A stretch of 64,000 nucleotides of DNA. It comes from an uncultured Chloroflexia bacterium. Lineage in GTDB: Bacteria > Chloroflexota > Limnocylindria > Limnocylindrales > CSP1-4. The notes under the pieces are model-generated. The model had not been told where the DNA came from and made no database searches. It worked only from the letters and a program-made list of their open reading frames with translations. How positions within the stretch are numbered: position 1 is the first letter of the stretch; each line of letters opens with the position of its first letter. The translations under genes were made by a program, and so were the position numbers. Location: the NCBI GenBank assembly GCA_963828165.1, contig CAWHDR010000001.1:960001-1024000 (forward strand), written 5' to 3'. Below are positions 38,071 through 47,398 of the stretch, in pieces.

Positions 38071-38242
38071 CCATCGGCTGCTTGCCTGGCCCTTATCTCG
38101 CCTCTGTCACCAACAGAGACACGCCGCCCATGAAGGTGAGTGACTGAGGCGCGATCTAGCGGAATCTGAAGGCGTCCCCTGCATCTTCATTCGGGGACCG
38201 TCACCAACAGCGACCCTGCGCGGTTCAGGGAAGCAGCGCGAG

Positions 38243-38306
38243 CCGCCGAGCCGCCGATCCGCCGAGCCGCCGATCCGCCGAGCCGCCGAGCCGCCGAGCC
38301 GCCGAG
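38243..38306 (+). repeat. 8-bp tandem repeat (CCGCCGAK) x8
   Basis: Six CCGCCGAG and two CCGCCGAT units, contiguous. Confidence 0.95.
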
Positions 38307-38322
38307 CATGCACACTCCCCGC

Positions 38323-38835
38323 ATGGGCCACATCGTGCTGGTCGGGCTGATGGGGAGCGGCAAGACCACGGTCGGAGCCGCGCTGGCCGCCGCGCTCGGG
38401 CTGGCGCATCGCGACTCCGACATCGACATCGAGCGCGAGACCGGCATGACCGGCCGCGAGCACGCGGCGCGGGACGGCATCGACGCCCTCCACGCGCTCG
38501 AGGCCGGTCATCTGCTCGACGCGCTCGCGCAGCCCGGCACGAGCGTCATCAGCGCCGCGGCCAGCATCCTCGACGACCCGGACAGCCGGGTAGCGCTGCG
38601 CGACCCGAGCCATCTCGTCGTGTGGCTGGACGCGAGTCCCGCGGCCCTCGCGGCCCGGATGAAGCGGGGCGACCACCGGCCGGACCTCGGGTCGGACATG
38701 GCGGACGTCCTGGAACGCCAGGCGGTCGAGCGAACGCCGGCCCTGCGCGAGGTCGCCGACCTCACCCTCGACGCTACCAAGCCACCGGCGGAGCTCGTCG
38801 CCGCAATCCGAACACACGCCGACGCCGTCGGCTAG
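38323..38835 (+). CDS. Shikimate kinase/gluconokinase-family protein
   Basis: P-loop 'GLMGSGKTT', 'DSD', 'HRP'; CACACT-N6-ATG. Confidence 0.8.
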   Translation: MGHIVLVGLMGSGKTTVGAALAAALGLAHRDSDIDIERETGMTGREHAARDGIDALHALEAGHLLDALAQPGTSVISAAASILDDPDSRVALRDPSHLVVWLDASPAALAARMKRGDHRPDLGSDMADVLERQAVERTPALREVADLTLDATKPPAELVAAIRTHADAVG

Positions 38836-38844
38836 CATCGCGGC

Positions 38845-39915
38845 GTGCCCACCCCCCTCCCGCTCATCCTGGACGTCGACACCGGCATCGACGACAGCCT
38901 CGCGCTGCTCTACGCCGCGGCCTCGCCCGACGCCGACCTCATCGCGGCGACGTGCGTGTCGGGCAACATCGACGCGGAGCAGGTCGGGATCAACACGCGG
39001 GCCGTGCTGGAGCTCGCCGGACGGACGGACGTCGAGGTGGCCATGGGTCGCCAGATCCCATTGGTCAGGCCGCTCGAGACGACACCCGAGACCCACGGCC
39101 CGCAGGGCCTGGGCCACGCGGAGCTTCCGCCGCCGAGCCAGCCGCTGAGCGACCGTCACGCCGTCGACCTCATCCTCGACGAGGCGCGGGGACGGCCCGG
39201 AGAGATCACGCTCGTGACGCTCGGTCCCCTCACGAACCTTGCGCTCGCGGTCCTGCGCGAACCGGCCCTGCCCAAGCTCCTCAAGGGCTACGCGCTGATG
39301 GGCGGGGCGTTCGGCACCTCTGGCAACACCACGCCGACGACCGAATGGAACATCCACTGCGACCCGGAGGCGGCGAAGATCGTGTTCCGTGCCTGGGCGG
39401 ATGCGATCGCCGGAGACCCATCCATCCCGCGGCCGCTGGCCCTCGGACTGGATGTCACCGAGCAGGCCCGCATCGAGCCCGAGCACATCGTTCGCCTCGC
39501 GCGCCGGGCCGGCAGCACGCCGGACGACTCGATCGCCCTCGAACGCGGCGACGATCCGATGGCGCCCCAACGTTCCGTGGCGTCGGACCCGATCGTCCGC
39601 TACGTTGCGGACGCGCTGCGCTTCTACTTCGAGTTCCACCAGCACTACGACGGGTTCTATGGCGCGTTCATCCACGATCCCCTGGCCGTGGCGGCCACCC
39701 TGGACCGCGCGCTGGTCGAGACCGACGCGCTCTACGTCGACGTCGAGACGCGCGGCGAGATCACGACCGGGATGACGGTCGTGGACCGTCGCGGCCTCAC
39801 CGGACGGGCGCCGAACCTGGATGTGGCACGGACCGCGGACGTGCCGACGTTCCTCGATCGGCTCATCGAACTTCTCGGAGGGCTGGCGGCGGACCGGGTG
39901 AACGTGGCACGCTAG
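38845..39915 (+). CDS. Nucleoside hydrolase
   Basis: 'DVDTGIDD', 'LGPLTNLA', 'EWNIHCDPEAA', 'HDPLAV'. Confidence 0.92.
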   Translation: MPTPLPLILDVDTGIDDSLALLYAAASPDADLIAATCVSGNIDAEQVGINTRAVLELAGRTDVEVAMGRQIPLVRPLETTPETHGPQGLGHAELPPPSQPLSDRHAVDLILDEARGRPGEITLVTLGPLTNLALAVLREPALPKLLKGYALMGGAFGTSGNTTPTTEWNIHCDPEAAKIVFRAWADAIAGDPSIPRPLALGLDVTEQARIEPEHIVRLARRAGSTPDDSIALERGDDPMAPQRSVASDPIVRYVADALRFYFEFHQHYDGFYGAFIHDPLAVAATLDRALVETDALYVDVETRGEITTGMTVVDRRGLTGRAPNLDVARTADVPTFLDRLIELLGGLAADRVNVAR

Positions 39916-39976
39916 GCGCGGAGGGATCGCGACCCACGGCGGGGTCGATACGTGAGGGAGTGGAGGCAAAGACACC

Positions 39977-40828
39977 ATGGGCTTCAGTTGGGGCCGATTC
40001 GATACGAGGACGATCGTCCTCATCCCCATCGCCATCGCCATCAACATCGTCCTGGGCCAGACCGTCGCGGCCGCACTCAAGATCCCGATCTATCTCGATT
40101 CGATCGGCACGATCCTCGTCGGCGTGCTGGCGGGCCCGATCCCGGGCCTGATCACCGGCCTCCTCGCCAACCTCATCTGGACCTACGTGCTGCCGGCGCC
40201 GCTCCAGTCGCCGTACGCGGCTCCGTTCGCGGTCGTGGCGGCGGAGATCGGCTTCGTCTCGGGGCTCTTCGGGCAGTTCGGCTTCTTCCGAAGCCGTCCC
40301 AATTCGAGCGGGCGTGAGCTGACCACCGCCGCGATCGTCGCGCTCGCGGTCGTCGGCGTCCTGGCGTTGTACACGGTCAGCCGGTTCTATACGGGCGCCT
40401 TCACGTTCTTCAACCCCGAAGGCGACCAGAGCGTGTTCTTCCAGGCCCTGGGCTGGCTGATCCTGGTCGGCATCGTCGCCACCATCGTCGGCTTTCTGGT
40501 GCTGTTGTTCGTGCGCCGCGACGCGGGCGTCGCCTACGTGGTCATCGCCGGTGTCGTGATGGGCATCATCTCCGCGCTGATCTCGGCGCCCATCTCGGCG
40601 ATCGTGTTCGGCGGTGTGACCGGATCGGGCACGGATCTCCTGGTCGCCGCCTTCCAGCAGGCCGGCTCCGATCTCCAGACGGCGGTCCTGCAGCAGGGCC
40701 TCCTATCCGACCCGATCGACAAGGTGATTACGTCGTTCATCGTCTTCGCGATCCTCCAATCGCTGAGCCGCCGGTTCATCGCACGCTTCCCGCAGGGCGA
40801 AAAGGCCGTCGGTCTGGAAGAGCTATAG
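39977..40828 (+). CDS. ECF transporter S component
   Basis: 'IPIAIAINIV..PIYLDSIGT..GP', 'GGVTGSG', 'DPIDK'. Confidence 0.8.
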   Translation: MGFSWGRFDTRTIVLIPIAIAINIVLGQTVAAALKIPIYLDSIGTILVGVLAGPIPGLITGLLANLIWTYVLPAPLQSPYAAPFAVVAAEIGFVSGLFGQFGFFRSRPNSSGRELTTAAIVALAVVGVLALYTVSRFYTGAFTFFNPEGDQSVFFQALGWLILVGIVATIVGFLVLLFVRRDAGVAYVVIAGVVMGIISALISAPISAIVFGGVTGSGTDLLVAAFQQAGSDLQTAVLQQGLLSDPIDKVITSFIVFAILQSLSRRFIARFPQGEKAVGLEEL

Positions 40829-41658
40829 CCACCGCTCCGCCGATCGCGGCGTTCACGGATGACGACCTCGAGCCGGACGATGCCGCCCTCGTCGCCCGGC
40901 TCGTCCCCGCCACACCGACCCCGTACCACCGTCTCAACCCGCTGACCAAGGCGGTCATCGCCACCGTTGGATCGATCGGGGCGTTCGTCCTTGGTGGCTA
41001 CCTGGGGCCGCTCGCGATCATCGGGGTCATGCTCGTCCTGGCGGCCGTCGCGGGCGGCCTGACGACCCTCGTGCGCGCATCGGTCTTCCTGACGCTGCCG
41101 ATCGGGATCTCGGTGGTGCTCGTCAGCGTGTTCACGCGCGCGGGCACGACCGTGCTCTTCCAGCTGGGCCCGTTCGACGCGACGGTGGAGGGGGTCGACT
41201 TCGCCGCCCAGACCCTCGTTCGGCTGTTCGCGATCTCGCTCTCGATCGGCCTGTTCGTGCTGGCGACCGAGCCCCGGGCATTCGTCTTCGACCTGGAGCG
41301 GCGCGGCATCCCGCCGCGCTTCGCCTTCGTGGCCGTGGCCACGATCGAGGCCATCCCCACGCTCATCGACCGCGCCGCCGTCATCGGCGAGAGCCAGCGG
41401 GCCCGGGGCCTGGATACGGAGGGCGGCTTTCGGGCCCGGATCCGGGGTGTGCTTCCGCTTGTCGGGCCGGTGATCATCGGTTCGCTGACCGATGTCGAGG
41501 AACGCAGCCTGGCGCTCGAGTCCAGGGCGTTCAGCCGACCGGGTCGACGGCATCTGCTGTGGTCCATGCCCGACACCTCCTGGGAACGGGTGCTGCGCTG
41601 GGCGCTGCTGATCGCCCTGGTGGCGTTGATCGTGTCTCGCATCACCGGGCGGATCTGA
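40825..41658 (+). CDS. ECF transporter T component (probable ATA start)
   Basis: 'YHRLNPLTK' lies upstream of the first ATG in the same frame; 'QRARG' and 'ESRAF' motifs. Confidence 0.82.
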   Translation: MATAPPIAAFTDDDLEPDDAALVARLVPATPTPYHRLNPLTKAVIATVGSIGAFVLGGYLGPLAIIGVMLVLAAVAGGLTTLVRASVFLTLPIGISVVLVSVFTRAGTTVLFQLGPFDATVEGVDFAAQTLVRLFAISLSIGLFVLATEPRAFVFDLERRGIPPRFAFVAVATIEAIPTLIDRAAVIGESQRARGLDTEGGFRARIRGVLPLVGPVIIGSLTDVEERSLALESRAFSRPGRRHLLWSMPDTSWERVLRWALLIALVALIVSRITGRI

Positions 41659-41662
41659 TCGG

Positions 41663-42460
41663 GTGCTGACGCTCGCCGGGATCAGCTATCGGTACGCCGG
41701 GTACGCAAAGCCCGTCCTCCATGACATCGACCTGACGCTGGCCGACGGGGAGATCGTCGGCGTCGTCGGGGCGAACGAAGCCGGCAAATCGACGCTCTGT
41801 CTCGTCGCCTGCGGGCTGGCGCCGGGATCCATCGGCGGCGCGCTGACCGGCGGCGGCCTCTCGATCGATGGCGAGGCGATGGCCGGCAAGCCGCTCCATG
41901 AATTCGCGACCCGGGTCGGGATCGGGTTCCAGAATCCGGCCACCCAGCTGTCCGGTGTCACGGGATCGGTCTTCGAGGAGGTCGCCCTCGGACCGATGAA
42001 TCTGGGGCTTCGCCGACGCGACACCGTCGAGCGGGTGAACGGCGCGCTGGCCACGCTCGGCATCGAGGATCTCGCGGAGCGCGAGCCGCGACGGCTGTCC
42101 GGCGGCCAGGCCCAGCTCGTGGTGCTCGCGTCGCTCCTGGCGATGCGTCCGGCCCACCTGGTGCTCGACGAGCCCACGGCCCAACTGGATCCGGAGGGGA
42201 CGCGGCTGGTCGGCGAGGCCCTGCGCGGGCTTGCCGCAACGGGCACCGCGCTGCTCATCGCGGAGCACAAGACCGATCTGCTCGACACGCTGTGCTCGCG
42301 CGTCGTCGTCCTCGACGACGGCCGCGTCGTCGCCGACGGGCCGACGCGGACGGTCCTCGACGACCGGTCGCTCAAGGACCGCGGGGTCGAACCGCCGGCC
42401 CGTGTTCGTCTTGCCCGCGCCGTCGCCGCCGCCGGCCTCGACCAGCACGTGCTGTCATGA
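41663..42460 (+). CDS. ECF transporter ATPase
   Basis: 'GANEAGKST', 'FQNP', 'LSGGQ', 'LDEPT'. Confidence 0.9.
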   Translation: MLTLAGISYRYAGYAKPVLHDIDLTLADGEIVGVVGANEAGKSTLCLVACGLAPGSIGGALTGGGLSIDGEAMAGKPLHEFATRVGIGFQNPATQLSGVTGSVFEEVALGPMNLGLRRRDTVERVNGALATLGIEDLAEREPRRLSGGQAQLVVLASLLAMRPAHLVLDEPTAQLDPEGTRLVGEALRGLAATGTALLIAEHKTDLLDTLCSRVVVLDDGRVVADGPTRTVLDDRSLKDRGVEPPARVRLARAVAAAGLDQHVLS

Positions 42461-43266
42461 CCGAGATCCGCCTCGAGGAACTTGGCTTCGTGTACCCGGA
42501 CGGGACGCGCGCACTCACTGAGGTGGATCTGACATTCGCTCCGGGCCAGTCGGCGGCCATCGTCGGCCAGAACGGCAGCGGCAAGTCGACGCTCGCGCGA
42601 CACCTCAACGGCCTCCTCCGCCCCACCGAGGGCCGCGTCCTGCACGACGGCCAGGACATCGCCGGACAGCGAGTCGCCGCGCTCGCCGCGCGCGTCGGCA
42701 TCGTATTCCAGAACCCGGACCGGCAGATCTTCGCGGGCAATGTGCGCGATGAGGTCTCGTTCGGACCGCGGATCCTCGGTCGGAAGGAGGCGGACGCCGT
42801 CGCTGCTGGGACGGCGGCCCTGGAGAACGTCGGCCTCAGCGAATCGGTGGACGCCAATCCATACGACCTGGGCTACTCTCGGCGCAAGCTGCTGGCGATC
42901 GCCTCCGTTCTCGCCATGGACACGCCGGTGGTGGTCCTGGACGAGCCCACCACCGGCCAGGACGCCCGCGGCGTCGAGCGCGTCCAACGGGTGATCGCGA
43001 ACCTCGTCGACGACGGTCGCACGGTGGTCGCGATCAGCCACGACATGCGCTTCGTCGCCGAGTCCTTCGCGCGGGTCGTGGTCATGGGCGGCGGTCGGGT
43101 GCTCCTCGACGGGAGCCCAGCCGAGGTCTTCGCCGAAACGGCCTGGCCGGTCCTTGCTTCGACCTATCTCGAGCCGCCGTACGCGGCCCGCGTCGGGGCG
43201 CGACTCGGTCTGGGCCCGACGCCCACCGAGACCGCGCTCGTCGCGGCACTCGGGCCTCGCGCCTGA
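42457..43266 (+). CDS. ECF transporter ATPase 2
   Basis: 'GQNGSGKST', 'FQNPD', 'LDEPTTGQD'. Confidence 0.9.
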   Translation: MTEIRLEELGFVYPDGTRALTEVDLTFAPGQSAAIVGQNGSGKSTLARHLNGLLRPTEGRVLHDGQDIAGQRVAALAARVGIVFQNPDRQIFAGNVRDEVSFGPRILGRKEADAVAAGTAALENVGLSESVDANPYDLGYSRRKLLAIASVLAMDTPVVVLDEPTTGQDARGVERVQRVIANLVDDGRTVVAISHDMRFVAESFARVVVMGGGRVLLDGSPAEVFAETAWPVLASTYLEPPYAARVGARLGLGPTPTETALVAALGPRA

Positions 43267-43279
43267 GCCGACCCCCGAG

Positions 43280-43681
43280 TCAGCGTCGGCCGACGACGAG
43301 GAGCAGGAACGAGGTCTCGATCACGTCGATCCCGGCGATCACCGCCGCGATGACCAGGGGCAGCGGGTGCCCGAGGGCCCAGCCCGCAGCGGCCGTGAAG
43401 GCGGCCACGGCCAGGAACGCGAGGCGGACCGCCCGGATGAGCCTCGGGACGTCCCGCTCCGAGCCTTCCGCGAGTCGCGCCATGGAACGCGCCAGCAGGA
43501 CGACCCCGAGCGCCACCGAGAAGCCCACGAGCGCGGCCCGCAGCAGCGCCGGGGGCGTGACCAGGGCATCGAGCAGGCCCTCGTTCCAGCCCACGACCGT
43601 GGCGCCCACGATGGCAAGCGCGCCGAGCGCGAGCGCCACGACGGCACCGAGCCGCGGGCGGTCGGCGGTCGCACGGCTCAT
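43280..43681 (-). CDS. Hypothetical membrane protein
   Basis: Four hydrophobic segments; last gene of the minus-strand operon. Confidence 0.6.
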   Translation of the reverse strand: MSRATADRPRLGAVVALALGALAIVGATVVGWNEGLLDALVTPPALLRAALVGFSVALGVVLLARSMARLAEGSERDVPRLIRAVRLAFLAVAAFTAAAGWALGHPLPLVIAAVIAGIDVIETSFLLLVVGRR

Positions 43682-43691
43682 CCGGCGACGC

Positions 43692-44159
43692 TCATCCGGC
43701 GACGATCTCGAGCGCGACCTCGTGCGTGACTCCGTCGACGATCCGCCATGCGCGAACGCTCGGTGTGCCCGTCATCGGGTGCGCCTCCTCGTCGCTGAGC
43801 GACACCAGCAGGTACAGCGCGTCCGGGTACAGCGCCAGCCCGATGTCCGTCGGCGACGGCACCGCCTGGGTATGCGTATGGGAATGGACGATGCCCCAGA
43901 ACACCTCGTCGGCATCGTCGGCCGCGACGGACAGCCGGTACAGGTCGTCGGGATCGATCTCGTAGCGGTACGGCGACTCGGCCGCATTGCGCGTCGCCTC
44001 GAAGCGCAGCGCCCGGCCACCGTCCGCCGCCGGCATGTCGCCCAGGATCAGGCCGCACGACTCGTTCGGGTATGTGCTGCGGGCGTCGTCGATCATCGCC
44101 TGGAGCAAGGCCGCCGGCAATGACGCCGCAGCTGGCCCCGGATGGTGCGCGTTCACCAC
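43692..44159 (-). CDS. JAMM/M67 metallopeptidase (Mec-like)
   Basis: 'ESCGL', 'HSHT..PSPTD'. Confidence 0.88.
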   Translation of the reverse strand: MVNAHHPGPAAASLPAALLQAMIDDARSTYPNESCGLILGDMPAADGGRALRFEATRNAAESPYRYEIDPDDLYRLSVAADDADEVFWGIVHSHTHTQAVPSPTDIGLALYPDALYLLVSLSDEEAHPMTGTPSVRAWRIVDGVTHEVALEIVAG

Positions 44160-45169
44160 CAGTTGACGCCGCCTTCGAGGGCATCCTCCATCTCATCGAA
44201 GTCCGTCGTGAACGTGCCCGCCGACAGGTATTTCCAACCGCCGTCGGGAAGGACCGCGACGATGGTCCCGCCATCCATCGATTCGGCCTCGCGAGCGGCC
44301 GCGACCAGCACGGCACCGCACGAAGGGCCCGCGAAGATGCCCTCCCGGAACACGAGCTCGCGCAGCGCCGCGATCGCGTCCCGGTTCGAGACGAGGTACT
44401 TGGCGTCGATCAGGTCGGGATCGAGGATCTCGGGGATGAAGCCCTCATCGAGCGATCGCAGGCCTTGCACCTTCTCGCCCGGCAGCGGCTCGGCTGCGAC
44501 GATCCGCACGCCCGCCTTGTGCTCGCGCAGGTAGCGCGACACGCCCATCAGCGTCCCGCCGGTCCCAAGGCCCGCCACGAAGACGTCGATCTCCGGACAG
44601 TCGGCCAGGACCTCCGGGCCCGTCGTCTCGTAGTGCGCCAGCGGATTCGCCTCGTTGCCGTACTGGTACGGCATCACGAACCGCTCGTCCTTGCCGACGA
44701 GGTGCTTCGCCAGCGCGATCGCACCGTTGGAGCCCTGCGCGCCGGGCGAGTCGATGACCTCGGCGCCGAAGAGCGCCGCCATCTGGCGCCGCTCATTCGT
44801 GACGTTGTCGGGCATCACGAGCGCGACCCGGTAGCCCTTGCGGCGGCCGATCATCGCGAGCGCGATCCCGGTGTTGCCGGAGGTCGGCTCCAGGATGATC
44901 GAATCCTCGTGGAGCAGGCCGCGCCCTTCGAGGTCCTCGATCAGGTACTTCGCGACGCGGTCCTTGACCGAGCCCGTCGGGTTGAGCATCTCGAGCTTCG
45001 CGAAGATGCGGACGTCCGGGTTCGGGCTCATCCGCGGGATCTCGACCAGGGGCGTGTGGCCGATGGCGTCGAGGATGTCCGCGTACCGCCCGCCGTGGCG
45101 GGCCAGCCCTTCGTGCGCGTGCGTGTGGTCGTGATCGGCGTCGAGCCGCCACGGGATGGCCACGGTCAA
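44153..45169 (-). CDS. cysM: PLP-dependent cysteine synthase (CysO-dependent CysM-like)
   Basis: 'KLEMLNPTGSVKDR', 'TSGNTG', 'GLGTGGT', 'PDGGWKYLS'; flanked by cysO-like and mec-like genes. Confidence 0.82.
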   Translation of the reverse strand: MTVAIPWRLDADHDHTHAHEGLARHGGRYADILDAIGHTPLVEIPRMSPNPDVRIFAKLEMLNPTGSVKDRVAKYLIEDLEGRGLLHEDSIILEPTSGNTGIALAMIGRRKGYRVALVMPDNVTNERRQMAALFGAEVIDSPGAQGSNGAIALAKHLVGKDERFVMPYQYGNEANPLAHYETTGPEVLADCPEIDVFVAGLGTGGTLMGVSRYLREHKAGVRIVAAEPLPGEKVQGLRSLDEGFIPEILDPDLIDAKYLVSNRDAIAALRELVFREGIFAGPSCGAVLVAAAREAESMDGGTIVAVLPDGGWKYLSAGTFTTDFDEMEDALEGGVNWW

Positions 45170-45438
45170 CCGCCAGCCATCGCCGGCAGCAGACGCACCT
45201 CGTCGGTCGGGGCCACCGGCGTGTCGAGGCCCGCGAGATAGCGCACGTCCTGGCCGTTGACGTAGACGTTGACGAATCGGTTCAGGTCGCCGTCGTCGGT
45301 CAGCAGCTGCGTCTTGAGCGTCGGATGCTGCGCCACGAGCGCGTCCACGACGCCGCGGATCGAGTCACCCGCGATCTCGAGCGACTTGACGCCGCCGACG
45401 TTCGCCCGCAACACGGACGGGATGAAGACCGTGCTCAC
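45166..45438 (-). CDS. MoaD/ThiS-family sulfur carrier (CysO-like)
   Basis: 'RFVNVYVNGQDVR', C-terminal 'AMAGG'. Confidence 0.9.
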   Translation of the reverse strand: MSTVFIPSVLRANVGGVKSLEIAGDSIRGVVDALVAQHPTLKTQLLTDDGDLNRFVNVYVNGQDVRYLAGLDTPVAPTDEVRLLPAMAGG

Positions 45439-46661
45439 CCGCGTGCCTCGGGCGAGATCGTGCCGGCGAGGCCGGTCGTCGTCATCAGGAACGGGGCGTC
45501 CTCGCCCACTCCGGCTGTCGCCAGCGGGCGACCGGCCTTGCGAGCCTCGACCGCCGCGTCCGAGCAGACCGGGCAGTTCGGATCACGCCGGAGCTGGAGC
45601 TCGGTGAACTCGGTCTCGAGCGCATCGAACAGGACGAGCCGGCCGGCCAGCGTCGTGCCGATCCCCAACAGGACCTTGAGCGCCTCGTTCGTCTGGAGCA
45701 GGCCGAAGATGCCGGGCACGACGCCGAGGACGCCGGCCACGGAGCAGCCGGGCGCGAGCTCGGGCGGTGGCGGGGTCGGGTACAGGCAGCGATAGCACGG
45801 CCCTTCGAACGGCACGAACGTGGTGAGCTGCCCCTCGAACCGGAAGACGCTGGCGTGGATGACCGGGATGCCGGCCGCGACCGCGGCGTCATTGAGGATG
45901 TAGCGGGTCTCGAAGGTGTCGGTGCCGTCGAGGATGACGTCGTAGCCGGCGATGATCCGCTCGACGTTCGAGGCGACGAGCATCTCCTCGTGCTCGATGA
46001 CCTTGACGTCCGGGTTCAGCGCGTTGATCGCGATCCGGGCCGACTCGACCTTGCGGTCGCCGATCCGCTCGGTCGTGTGGACGATCTGTCGCTGCAGGTT
46101 GGAGAGGTCGACGACGTCGAAGTCGACGAGACCGATCGTCCCGACGCCGGCCGCGGCGAGATACAGGGCGGCCGGGGAACCGAGCCCGCCGGCGCCGATG
46201 AGCAGCGCCTTGGACGCGAGCAGCTTCGCCTGGCCGGCCGAACCGACCTCCGGGATCAGCAGGTGGCGGCTGTAGCGCTGCTTCTGCTCCGCGGAGAGGA
46301 CGACCGGGGTCTCGAAATCGAGGCCCGCGCTCTTCCAACCCTGGAACCCGGTCTTCATCGACTTCACGTCGGTGTAGCCCATGCCGGCCAGGGTCTGGGC
46401 CGCGAACAGCGAGCGCACGCCGCCGGCGCAGTACAGGACGACCGGGGCGTCGCGGTCCGGGGCCGCGGCCTCGATCTGCTGCTCGATATAGGACTTGGAG
46501 ATGTGCTGGGCGCCGGGGATGTACCCCTGCTCCCACTCGGACGCCTCGCGGACGTCGACGAGCGTGGCCGCGCCTTCCGGGAGGTCGGCCACCTCCTGGG
46601 GCGTGACTTCAGCGATCTGGGCGCGGGCCTCCCGGAGGAGATCGGCGTAGGACTTCGGCAT
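45435..46661 (-). CDS. Rhodanese-MoeB (MoeZ-like) adenylyltransferase/sulfurtransferase
   Basis: Rhodanese 'YCAGGVRS'; 'RYSRH', 'GAGGLG', 'SNLQRQ', 'CYRC', 'CPVC'. Confidence 0.9.
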   Translation of the reverse strand: MPKSYADLLREARAQIAEVTPQEVADLPEGAATLVDVREASEWEQGYIPGAQHISKSYIEQQIEAAAPDRDAPVVLYCAGGVRSLFAAQTLAGMGYTDVKSMKTGFQGWKSAGLDFETPVVLSAEQKQRYSRHLLIPEVGSAGQAKLLASKALLIGAGGLGSPAALYLAAAGVGTIGLVDFDVVDLSNLQRQIVHTTERIGDRKVESARIAINALNPDVKVIEHEEMLVASNVERIIAGYDVILDGTDTFETRYILNDAAVAAGIPVIHASVFRFEGQLTTFVPFEGPCYRCLYPTPPPPELAPGCSVAGVLGVVPGIFGLLQTNEALKVLLGIGTTLAGRLVLFDALETEFTELQLRRDPNCPVCSDAAVEARKAGRPLATAGVGEDAPFLMTTTGLAGTISPEARG

Positions 46662-46824
46662 GGGTGATCGGGGCTCCGATGGGTCGACGGGCTGGCTCGT
46701 TCGTGGCGGCCAGGGCGGGTTGGGCGGTCTGGGGGAGTCGGACGGGGACGGGGGCGGGATTGGCCGGGCGCGGCCGCCGGCGGTCAGGCCGGCTCGCTAC
46801 ACCTGCAGCGGCGCTCGATCCCCT

Positions 46825-47256
46825 TCATGCCTGCGCTCGCTCGGGCGAAGGCGCGTTCGCCGCGTCGCTCGTGTTCGCGGGATCCGCGGCGCCGAGATCG
46901 CCCAGCACGTGCTGCAGGCTCTCGTGGCTCAACATGGCGCACTTGAGGCGGGCCGGGCTGATGTCGATGCCCAGGAGGTCCAGCACGTCGTCCGCGCGGA
47001 TCGACGCGACCTCCTTGAGCGGCTTGCCCTTGATCTCGTCGGTCAGGAGGCTCGCGCTCGCCTGGCTGATCGCGCACCCACGGCCGGTGAATCCGACGCG
47101 GTCCACGATCCCGTCCTTCACGCCGAGCATCAGCGTGATCCGGTCGCCACACAGCGGGTTGGCGCCTTCGTACGAGGCGTCGGCGTCCTCGACGATCCCG
47201 AAGTTGTGGGGCCGCCGGTAGTGCTCGAGGATGTAGTCGCGGTAGAGGTCGTCCAT
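46825..47256 (-). CDS. sufU: SufU/IscU-type Fe-S scaffold
   Basis: 'ILEHY..P.NFG', 'NPLCGD', 'GCAISQASAS', 'RLKCA'. Confidence 0.88.
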   Translation of the reverse strand: MDDLYRDYILEHYRRPHNFGIVEDADASYEGANPLCGDRITLMLGVKDGIVDRVGFTGRGCAISQASASLLTDEIKGKPLKEVASIRADDVLDLLGIDISPARLKCAMLSHESLQHVLGDLGAADPANTSDAANAPSPERAQA

Positions 47257-47398
47257 GCTCATCCGAGTGTAGCGCGAGACGGCAATCCCGACCAGCGGGG
47301 TCAGGATTGATCTCACGCTCGTTCGGTACTCCTGTCGCGCTGGCGCGGTACCAACCGCTGGCGCCGCGCCAGCCGCCCCCGGGTATCGTCGGAGGTCG

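Noticed and set aside
46700-46790. G-rich intergenic tract as a functional G-quadruplex or repeat
   Set aside because: No regular unit; expected at this GC level
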